Virus record (IMG/VR): IMGVR_UViG_3300036980_001087
Coordinates: 1-64,000 of that record
DNA: 64,000 nt
Reading direction: 5' to 3' (one strand)
Source of the DNA: a virus
Below, piece by piece: positions 57,003 through 64,000 of the stretch. Below the pieces are notes generated by a model, which ran no database searches, had not been told where the DNA came from, and worked only from the letters and a program-made list of their open reading frames with translations. The position numbers and the translations under genes are program-made. Each line of letters starts with the position of its first letter. Position 1 is the first letter of the stretch.

Positions 57003-57353
57003 TTAAGAAGTACGTTTTGTAGCGTCTGCGTTAAAAGTAATTACTCCTGCAACTATGGTCTCTACTACTGTCCCATGTTTAATCTGGATATCATAATAAT
57101 AATCACCCAGTAAATTAGTATCTGCTGGAAGTAAATTTATGGTTGTCTTTCCATGGGTAGGATCTGTGTGCACAGTAATGGTTTTTACTATTTGAGCATG
57201 TGTATCGTCGGCAGCCTCTAAGTTATCTGTAACTGTGAAGAATACAGTCCATCCAGTTATATCTTTAGCCACTCCAGAGCCATCTGTAAACTCTAATAAA
57301 TAAGACTTACTATCTCCCCTGGTAATTTCTAAATTTTCACTTTGAACAGACAT
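57003..57353 (-). CDS. BppU-N-like Ig-fold virion protein
   Basis: I.RGD...DITG.T..F...G...I.L...DT....YYYDIQ. Confidence 0.75.
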   Translation of the reverse strand: MSVQSENLEITRGDSKSYLLEFTDGSGVAKDITGWTVFFTVTDNLEAADDTHAQIVKTITVHTDPTHGKTTINLLPADTNLLGDYYYDIQIKHGTVVETIVAGVITFNADATKRTS

Positions 57354-57379
57354 AACTCCACCTCTATGTTTAAAATTTT

Positions 57380-57485
57380 AGCTCGCTACCTATCTTACTT
57401 ATTTCAGCCCTAACTAGGGTCAATGAAAAGGATCAAGTCCCGTTGCAGAAGGCCCTGTCATGAACAGGATTTTCGGCAGCAAGCT
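57380..57485 (-). ncRNA. Candidate structured leader RNA
   Basis: 11-bp closing stem with two G-U pairs that form only on the minus strand, plus two internal hairpins. Confidence 0.45.
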
Positions 57486-57514
57486 GAATCTAATAATTCT
57501 CTTTTTCCTCTATA

Positions 57515-57523
57515 ATTGAAAAC
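57515..57523 (-). promoter_or_regulatory. GTTTTCAAT motif at the head of the minus-strand virion operon
   Basis: TAGTTTTCAATTATA, identical over 15 nt to the portal copy. Confidence 0.7.
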
Positions 57524-58066
57524 TACTCTATATATAATAATTGGGTAATAAAACCTCTTTATTTTAAAGGGGTTGCGCCTAACTTTATTATCTGTAAAAA
57601 CAGGCCCCCTCCGGGGTCCCCTCATTAAGCAATCTTAAGCCCCCTTTCTACAACCGGGTTGCTTAATTTGCTTATTAGGGACTCTTTATTCAAGGCATAT
57701 ACCCCCTTTCAAGCTTAGATACTATAACCACCTATATTAATTGCGCTCAAATACTATTCATGTCTAACATTTAAGCACAAACTAATTCTACAAATAGATA
57801 AAATTATCTATATACAGAATCCTACTTACGGGAGGGTACCCTTAAATAAGTCCCTAAGGGATCCTAAAATAGGCCCAGTTAAGGCTAGGGAGCTTATTGC
57901 AGCCCCTAATTAGAGATACTAGTGCCAGGGTAAGGTTTGAAAATTCATTAGTAGGTAAGTTCAAGATGGATGATACTATGTAAATTTAAAATATAATTCC
58001 ATTTGTAAAGATACTAACCTATTGATATATAACAACTTACAACAACAAAATATTTTACTTATTTAT

Positions 58067-58094
58067 TTGACAAAACAATTTTTTGTGCTATACT
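58067..58094 (+). promoter_or_regulatory. Strong sigma70-type early promoter
   Basis: TTGACA-N16-TATACT with TG extension and AT-rich upstream sequence. Confidence 0.75.
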
Positions 58095-58192
58095 TTCTAT
58101 GTTGCCAAAACAACAAAAAAACAAAAAAACAGGCAACCAGCAAGGCTATATTATAACCCAACCCAAAGCAACAAAACAGAAAGGATATTACT

Positions 58193-58486
58193 ATGAAAAC
58201 GCTCATAGAGCAAAAATACAAGTATATATACCAAGACGATAGAGCAACCCGCAGGACACACCAGTTTGAATACTGGGAAGCCGTAGAAGAAGAGAAAATT
58301 GAGATAGAAAACTTCGTGAAGAAGTTAGATAACAATATAGAAGACAAGTGGTTACAAGACTACCTCAAGAATTACTACCAAGTGCCAGCACTTGACGGAC
58401 AGACTAATGTAGACTATATGATAGCGAGATGTGAGAGATTATACACTTGGGAAGAGATGGAACACTCTTGGAAGAGCAAGAAGTAA
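58193..58486 (+). CDS. Early hypothetical protein
   Basis: AAGGA SD; first ORF after the promoter. Confidence 0.65.
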   Translation: MKTLIEQKYKYIYQDDRATRRTHQFEYWEAVEEEKIEIENFVKKLDNNIEDKWLQDYLKNYYQVPALDGQTNVDYMIARCERLYTWEEMEHSWKSKK

Positions 58487-58512
58487 AGCAACCAATGAGG
58501 AGGGCAGTAGTT

Positions 58513-58713
58513 ATGAAGAAAGAGAAAGACAGACCAGCAAGCAAGTTTGAAGAAGAATACGCAAAGTTTACAGGATGTAAGAGGGAAGAACCAAGACAGC
58601 ACAAGCAGTACATACATCTAAGGTATACACTCGGATGGATCACCATAAGTATATACAGATTAGGGCAGAGGTTTAGCGTAAGACTTGAGATAGCAAGAGG
58701 ATGGAATAACTAA
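58513..58713 (+). CDS. Early hypothetical protein
   Basis: GGAGG SD; start reassigned. Confidence 0.55.
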   Translation: MKKEKDRPASKFEEEYAKFTGCKREEPRQHKQYIHLRYTLGWITISIYRLGQRFSVRLEIARGWNN

Positions 58714-58803
58714 GGAGGACAAGATGAATAAGACAATGGTATGGAGATGGAAGTTAGCGACTATCGAAGCGGGAGTGGACCATCTAATAGACTGGAGGAC
58801 AGA

Positions 58804-59016
58804 ATGATTACCAAGATCATCGAGCCGAGAATGTTTGTAAGTAGCACTGGGGTAAAGAGTTTCGATATTGTCCAGCTTACCAAGTATGGCACACGCACAA
58901 TATCCAGAGCAACACTTGCTTCAGGCTTAGACTTCAACCAGGCAGTAACCTATGCGGAAGGCATAGCCAAGGAAGTAAGCACATACCAAGCGATGAAAGG
59001 AGACCACAATGTATAA
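58804..59016 (+). CDS. Early hypothetical protein
   Basis: GGAGG SD before ATG 58804. Confidence 0.55.
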   Translation: MITKIIEPRMFVSSTGVKSFDIVQLTKYGTRTISRATLASGLDFNQAVTYAEGIAKEVSTYQAMKGDHNV

Positions 59017-59335
59017 GTTAAGCGCAATGGGTAGACTCAATTCACATTCACGCAAGGTCCAGATCTGTTCACCTAAGATGATGGCCCTTAAGTATAAGAT
59101 GACCAAGAGTGCCTGTGAAGTTCCACCTAAGTTCGACACCGACTGGATGCTCGAGTCTCTTAGGAGATTAAAGAAGAATGGTAACATACCGGAGCAATGG
59201 ATGGACCAGAATAGAAAGACACCGGCTGAAGTGCAGAGATCAGCGAGAGTGCTACACTTTCACGGATCATATGCTGGAGATGGTAACAAGATCAAGGGCT
59301 GGGACAAGCTGAATGGAATGGTAGTTCCAACATAG
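59009..59335 (+). CDS. Early hypothetical protein
   Basis: AGGAG SD. Confidence 0.6.
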   Translation: MYKLSAMGRLNSHSRKVQICSPKMMALKYKMTKSACEVPPKFDTDWMLESLRRLKKNGNIPEQWMDQNRKTPAEVQRSARVLHFHGSYAGDGNKIKGWDKLNGMVVPT

Positions 59336-59344
59336 GAGGAGAAG

Positions 59345-59413
59345 ATGTTAGAGCTTATAGGGTTAATTATACTATTACCCTTGGCAATATGGATTGCCAA
59401 TACACTACCATAA
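59345..59413 (+). CDS. 22-aa hydrophobic peptide
   Basis: AGGAGG SD; MLELIGLIILLPLAIWIANTLP. Confidence 0.55.
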   Translation: MLELIGLIILLPLAIWIANTLP

Positions 59414-59423
59414 GGAGGAGCCT

Positions 59424-59510
59424 ATGCATTGGTCCACAGGAGTAGTAATAGTATTTGTAACCTTGAAGGTATTGCTGATACTAGGGTTAGTAGCGGCACT
59501 ATTCTTCTAA
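59424..59510 (+). CDS. 28-aa hydrophobic peptide
   Basis: AGGAGG SD; MHWSTGVVIVFVTLKVLLILGLVAALFF. Confidence 0.55.
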   Translation: MHWSTGVVIVFVTLKVLLILGLVAALFF

Positions 59511-59525
59511 TAAAAGGAGCCGGAG

Positions 59526-59702
59526 ATGGCACAGGTAAAAGTGCTGGTCAATGATGGTGCGAGTAAAAGGAAAGAAGTAGAAGCAGAGCTGCTACAAACT
59601 AGAGCCACTACACTCTTGGTAAGATTGCCTGACGGAAAGGTAATCACCAGAAAAAAGAAAAGAGATCTGCCTAACTCGGAGGTGTCTAATGGCAAAGCGT
59701 AA
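59526..59702 (+). CDS. Small hypothetical protein (58 aa, not in ORF track)
   Basis: AAGGAG SD; MAQVKVLVNDG...LLVRLPDGKVITRK. Confidence 0.55.
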   Translation: MAQVKVLVNDGASKRKEVEAELLQTRATTLLVRLPDGKVITRKKKRDLPNSEVSNGKA

Positions 59703-59907
59703 TAGAAACCACGACATCGTTGAAGAGCTTTACTTCTCACACGATAATCCGGATGCATATCGTGAGAAGATAGATCCTGAAGTAAGCTTACTCAATACCA
59801 TCATCAATGATGGAGAAGAAAGCGCAAGGGAAGTATTTGGGGACGACAAGGTAGATCGTGCCCTGGTAAGAAACCATCTTGCTCGGAGTTACAATCCGAA
59901 CATATAG
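59689..59907 (+). CDS. Hypothetical protein
   Basis: GGAGG SD. Confidence 0.6.
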   Translation: MAKRNRNHDIVEELYFSHDNPDAYREKIDPEVSLLNTIINDGEESAREVFGDDKVDRALVRNHLARSYNPNI

Positions 59908-59918
59908 AGGAGGCTAAG

Positions 59919-60101
59919 ATGGAAAAGAAAATTGAGATGATAAAAGCAAGGTTGAGATTAGCAGAGGATCACCTCTTTAACTACACTTCTCATATGTCAG
60001 AGTGTGATAGAACAGAACACCACATCTTTGAGGAGGCAATTGTAGGATTAAGAAAAGAGATAGCGGTCCTTAAATGGACGCTTAAGGTCCTGGGGGGCTA
60101 A
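59919..60101 (+). CDS. Hypothetical helical-hairpin protein
   Basis: GGAGG SD. Confidence 0.55.
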   Translation: MEKKIEMIKARLRLAEDHLFNYTSHMSECDRTEHHIFEEAIVGLRKEIAVLKWTLKVLGG

Positions 60102-60650
60102 ATGACTTGGAAAGAGTTTTATAAGTCTAGAGTAACAAGTGTAGAATATGAAAATTACTTTATAGATAAATATTCTATATTCTTGGATACTCTAGACTGC
60201 CAAGTAGGAAAGTCTTTTCTGGAAGTGGGATGTGGCACAGGGCTAGTTACTAAGCTAATCTATCATCCAAAAAGAACATTCACTCTTATGGATAATGATA
60301 GAGCAATGTTAGGACTAGCAAAGAATAGGTTACAGCCATTGCCCATATCTTATATCTGTAAAGATATTAGAGCTCCATTACATCAGCATTATGATGTAAT
60401 ATATTCTCACGGAGTGCTAGAACATTTATCTTTAACAGAATGTAAGAGGATCATACGCAATCAACTATCAGTAAGTAATACGCTAGTGCATTATGTTCCT
60501 ACTGATGGCTATAACGAGCCTAGCTTTGGAGATGAAAATTTATTAGCCAAAGAGGTATGGGATGGTGCACTATACCCAACAAAGAGTATAGCCTTTAATG
60601 GGTTTAAAGACTTGCTCTTAATCTGGGAGAAAGGAAAAGATGGGACTTAA
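60102..60650 (+). CDS. Class I SAM-dependent methyltransferase
   Basis: LEVGCGTG, MD, DI, YDVIYSHGVLEH. Confidence 0.85.
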   Translation: MTWKEFYKSRVTSVEYENYFIDKYSIFLDTLDCQVGKSFLEVGCGTGLVTKLIYHPKRTFTLMDNDRAMLGLAKNRLQPLPISYICKDIRAPLHQHYDVIYSHGVLEHLSLTECKRIIRNQLSVSNTLVHYVPTDGYNEPSFGDENLLAKEVWDGALYPTKSIAFNGFKDLLLIWEKGKDGT

Positions 60651-60870
60651 AGAGAATCAAGAGAAGCAAAAGACCAGGCACGATGTGATCTTGATATTTG
60701 GGAACAATACGGTCAATAGAGAGGGTGAAGTCTATGTGCCTGTAATTGGAGACGAAGTACAAACTCCTCTCTGTAGAGGTAAGATTATATGGAGAGAGAA
60801 AACTCCATCTGGCTGGAGAGTAGGAGTGAAATTGCCTGATAGTTTCGTTCCATCAGGAACGTTAGACTAG
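60640..60870 (+). CDS. Hypothetical protein
   Basis: AAGGA SD. Confidence 0.55.
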   Translation: MGLKENQEKQKTRHDVILIFGNNTVNREGEVYVPVIGDEVQTPLCRGKIIWREKTPSGWRVGVKLPDSFVPSGTLD

Positions 60871-60878
60871 GAGGGAAT

Positions 60879-61091
60879 ATGAGTTATGATGAAGATCGCT
60901 ATAGTGAACTTCCTCCTGAAGGTAAGGAGTTAGTGGATGCTCTTGTTGCGGATAGTCTTAAGCGCCTTATGAAACAAGCTGGTATAGAGGGCACAGAGGA
61001 CGTATTCCGGAGAGTATATAAAGAACAACCTATCATTCTAAATCGCTTTCAGGAGATTTATGATAGGCTAATAGGGAGGATAAAGAAATGA
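60879..61091 (+). CDS. Hypothetical protein
   Basis: GGAGG SD. Confidence 0.6.
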   Translation: MSYDEDRYSELPPEGKELVDALVADSLKRLMKQAGIEGTEDVFRRVYKEQPIILNRFQEIYDRLIGRIKK

Positions 61092-61309
61092 TCTTTACAG
61101 GAGTAAGATATATTCTATTTAACGGAGATCACAAGAATATAGTTTCAGATTCTAAATCTGATTCTATGGAACGCAATACACTCTCTGGAATAGAAAAAGT
61201 TAGAAGGTTACATATTGCTGATGATCTTTTTTATACCAAAGGTAGGATAAAAGAGGTAATCATCAAAACAACTGATGGTAAAAAATTTATAATTCCATCA
61301 GGAATATAG
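61088..61309 (+). CDS. Hypothetical protein
   Basis: GGAGG SD, ATGA overlap. Confidence 0.55.
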   Translation: MIFTGVRYILFNGDHKNIVSDSKSDSMERNTLSGIEKVRRLHIADDLFYTKGRIKEVIIKTTDGKKFIIPSGI

Positions 61310-61439
61310 GAGGAAAAATGAGACACTTCATCAACTTCTTGAACTTCGTGTATCGTCACACAATCAGAAGTAGGGATTATAGAAGCATAGCAAGAGTAAT
61401 AGGTTTAGGTATAGAGATCTATTACTAGAAAGGAAAGAA

Positions 61440-61697
61440 ATGGACCTAGAAATTAAATGTTCAGCCTATAAGTGCCATTGCACTATGGGAGTGCACGATG
61501 AGACCTATTGTGCAGATTGCTACAACGAACAAGGAAATCAGCTAGAGGAGTTTAAGAAAGACAACGAGACTAAAGAGGCTGATATAGATTCACTAAAATA
61601 TACAATAGAGGCTTTAGAATTAAAGATCAGCGATCTAAAGGAAGTAATAAAGAACTGCACAACTTGCTCAGCTATTCTAGTAGCTAAAAACCTATAG
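61440..61697 (+). CDS. Zinc-finger plus coiled-coil protein
   Basis: C....C...C..C, then heptad repeats. Confidence 0.6.
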   Translation: MDLEIKCSAYKCHCTMGVHDETYCADCYNEQGNQLEEFKKDNETKEADIDSLKYTIEALELKISDLKEVIKNCTTCSAILVAKNL

Positions 61698-61708
61698 AGA
61701 GGAGAAAA

Positions 61709-61939
61709 ATGCTAATCTATGTTAAATCCCCATATAAACAACATACCTTAATACTGGGGAAAATCCAGGAAATAACATATACCTTTGGTAAAGCTTATCC
61801 TTGGCGGATCAAAGTAGTTTGTCAAGAGAATAGTGGACTAGAAATTAATGTGGGGAGTATAATTACCTGCGTATCATTACGTGCCTTAAGCTTTATTAGA
61901 CTAAGAAAGGAGAAAACGTGGAACGTAAGGAGTTTATAA
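61709..61939 (+). CDS. Hypothetical protein
   Basis: AGGAG SD. Confidence 0.5.
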   Translation: MLIYVKSPYKQHTLILGKIQEITYTFGKAYPWRIKVVCQENSGLEINVGSIITCVSLRALSFIRLRKEKTWNVRSL

Positions 61940-62280
61940 TTGAATTGCTAGCGCTACAAATGGAGGATGAGAAAATCGTTCTAGTAACAAAAGCGGGTTA
62001 TCCTGAATCAACTGAGGAAGAAATCAAGAATCAACTGGCAGTAGCTAAGTCAGAAATTAGAAAGGAGGAAAAAGACCAACCAGATAAGATCATTGATCCT
62101 ATTGAAAAATCTGATGTTCCTACTATACACCATATTTTGATCGGAGGGTTGAGAGAAAACAAAACCAACTCACAGCTCTTGGATGATCTGAAGAAACATC
62201 ATTCAACCGTAGACGAAAAGAAATTGAAACAACGAGTCTACGAATATCGCTATCACTATAATCACGGTAAGATCAAATAA
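61918..62280 (+). CDS. Hypothetical protein
   Basis: AAGGAG SD, GTG start. Confidence 0.55.
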   Translation: MERKEFIIELLALQMEDEKIVLVTKAGYPESTEEEIKNQLAVAKSEIRKEEKDQPDKIIDPIEKSDVPTIHHILIGGLRENKTNSQLLDDLKKHHSTVDEKKLKQRVYEYRYHYNHGKIK

Positions 62281-62303
62281 TCCACCATAACATAGGAGGA
62301 CCT

Positions 62304-62624
62304 ATGATCCAACTCGACTGGAAAGTCTTTGCCTGGTTTGTCTTGGCATTGGCTATCCTAAAGGGTATCATTACGGGCTTAACCAATCTGTATACCTACA
62401 TTTACAAGGGAGGATATACGCTTGGTAGAAAGCAAATGGAAAGTGAAGATACAACCCAGTTACTCAAAGCAATTCAGGATGTTAAAACCGAGATGCCGGA
62501 GTCTGAACTTGCTTTAGTATTACTCTGGAGTAAACTGGTAGGAGCAGAAACAAAGAGCACTAAAGAAAAAGAAAAGGAACCAATTGGATTTGGACCAGCA
62601 AAAAAGGAGGAAAAGAATGCGTAG
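62304..62624 (+). CDS. Membrane-anchored hypothetical protein
   Basis: N-terminal TM; C-terminal PIGF motif. Confidence 0.6.
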   Translation: MIQLDWKVFAWFVLALAILKGIITGLTNLYTYIYKGGYTLGRKQMESEDTTQLLKAIQDVKTEMPESELALVLLWSKLVGAETKSTKEKEKEPIGFGPAKKEEKNA

Positions 62625-63690
62625 TATTTCACACGATGAATTAAAGAGCGCGTTAAAGAAGTCTTACTTCAGTAGAGTAACAGCCTTTATATGGGGAGCT
62701 ACTGGAATAGGAAAGTCAGAAACCGTAAGACAGGCTTGCCGGGAATTAGCTAAGGACCTCAAGCTTCAATATGCTGAGGGCGGAGAGCCGGAAGAGGGAA
62801 AGTTCACCGTAATAGACCAGAGGTTATCCCAGATGGACCCGTCAGATCTTAGAGGTCTGCCATATGTAACTAAAGATGGTAAGACTGGATGGGCGTATCC
62901 AAGCTGGTTACCTACTAAGGGCAAGGGAATATTACTTCTAGATGAAGTCAATCTTGCGCCTCCTCTGGTTCAGTCTTCAGCATATCAGCTCGTATTAGAT
63001 GGAAAGCTTGGAGATTATACTCTACCAGAAGGATGGGGAATAATCGCAGCCGGTAATAGGGCTGAGGATAAAGCCTATACCTTCGAGCTTGCCGGTCCAT
63101 TATGTAATAGGTTCGTGCATATGGAACTGGCTTGTCCACCTATAGCGGACTGGACCACCTGGGCAATTGAGAACCAGGTAGATTCAAGAATAATCACCTT
63201 CTTGAATTATAAACCTCAGCATCTGTTCAAGTTCGATAGCAAATTGAAAGAGAAAGCATTTCCTACGCCTAGATCGTGGGCGAGATATTGCTCTCCTCTA
63301 ATCAAGGATGTTGTCGACAATACAGAGCTCTTAATCCTGATGGGATCAGCCATAGGAGAGGGCGTTGCTACGGAATGCGTAGCCTATCTGAAACTTACCA
63401 AGCAGATTGATCTTAAGGATATCTTAGAGCATCCTGAGAAAGCTGCCGATATCAAGGGGATTGATGTAAGATATTCCCTGGTAAGTGCCTTATCAGAACT
63501 CGTCAAGAAGGACACCAAGACCACGCTACCAAAAGTATGTAAGGTTGCGGAGCACTTCGAGGCTGAGTTTGCTATCTTACTTCTGAGATTCATCAAGGTC
63601 AATGTTCCGAAATTACTTGAGTTCATTCAGAAGGATAAGAGCGTTGCGGATGTCTACAAGAAATATATGAAGTATGTAATGGTTGAATAA
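62617..63690 (+). CDS. MoxR-like AAA+ ATPase
   Basis: Walker A GATGIGKS, DLRGLP, Walker B LLLDE, AAGN, NRF, PTPRSW. Confidence 0.9.
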   Translation: MRSISHDELKSALKKSYFSRVTAFIWGATGIGKSETVRQACRELAKDLKLQYAEGGEPEEGKFTVIDQRLSQMDPSDLRGLPYVTKDGKTGWAYPSWLPTKGKGILLLDEVNLAPPLVQSSAYQLVLDGKLGDYTLPEGWGIIAAGNRAEDKAYTFELAGPLCNRFVHMELACPPIADWTTWAIENQVDSRIITFLNYKPQHLFKFDSKLKEKAFPTPRSWARYCSPLIKDVVDNTELLILMGSAIGEGVATECVAYLKLTKQIDLKDILEHPEKAADIKGIDVRYSLVSALSELVKKDTKTTLPKVCKVAEHFEAEFAILLLRFIKVNVPKLLEFIQKDKSVADVYKKYMKYVMVE

Positions 63691-63704
63691 CCTAAGGAGG
63701 TATA

Positions 63705-64000
63705 ATGAACCAAGAAGCTAAGGATAAGATAATCAAAGCGAGGGTTGCGCTTCAGAAGACACATCCTTTCTTCTCTTATCTTGCTCTTCATCTTCAGCCT
63801 ACCGAGGTAGAAGCCAAAGTGGTTCCTACCTTGGGGGTTGACAATCAAGGGAATCTTTATTATAATCCCGAGTTTGTCAATAAGATGACACAGGATGAAG
63901 TTAAGGGAGTGGTATGTCACGAGGTTATGCATATAGCCCTTGAGCATCTTAAAGGCTTAAAGGGCAAGGACGCTAAAGTTAGCAATGTTGCTCAGGATAT
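63705..64000 (+). CDS. DUF2201-type metallopeptidase (3' truncated)
   Basis: AGGAGG SD; PFF...L...LYYNPEF...GVVCHEVMH (HExxH). Confidence 0.85.
   Translation, partial: MNQEAKDKIIKARVALQKTHPFFSYLALHLQPTEVEAKVVPTLGVDNQGNLYYNPEFVNKMTQDEVKGVVCHEVMHIALEHLKGLKGKDAKVSNVAQD

Noticed and set aside
57380-57485. Resemblance of the leader RNA to a c-di-GMP-I riboswitch (UAGGUAGCG) or a hammerhead ribozyme
   Set aside because: The other conserved core elements are missing, so no family was assigned
1-64000. Stop-codon reassignment, tRNA genes or prophage boundaries
   Set aside because: Core genes are intact in the standard code and use all three stops; no cloverleaf, integrase, att site or host gene was recognised

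Overview
A 64-kb, AT-rich, densely coding fragment of a tailed dsDNA bacteriophage (Caudoviricetes). No integrase, host genes, tRNA or CRISPR array is visible. There are four blocks. (1) 1-19.6 kb (+): replication, recombination and nucleotide metabolism, with an HD hydrolase, CmoB-like methyltransferase, UDG-PolA fusion, RecA, ClpP, SbcD/SbcC, two resolvases, an amidoligase, and a DeoC / PQ-loop / NDT-like / dNTP-diphosphohydrolase cluster. It ends in what looks like a sigma factor split into separate sigma2 and sigma4 genes. (2) 20.2-26.5 kb (+): terminase, portal and a few virion accessory genes. (3) 26.5-57.4 kb (-): the rest of the virion module (fibre/adhesin genes, prohead protease, major capsid, a GT9 glycosyltransferase flanked by twin HNH genes, neck, tail tube, tape measure, baseplate-like genes), converging head-on with block 2. 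(4) 57.4-64 kb: a structured non-coding control region, a strong sigma70 promoter and small early genes ending in an AAA ATPase and a DUF2201-type metallopeptidase. The best candidates for new biology are: a two-gene sigma factor together with a 7-copy GTTTTCAAT motif in front of virion genes and a structured leader RNA; a possible dNTP -> dNMP -> deoxyribose-5-P -> G3P disposal pathway; two virion-region proteins with matching 11 x 14-residue repeats; and a glycosylation cassette inside the head module. All functional calls come from motifs recognised by eye; no searches were run.
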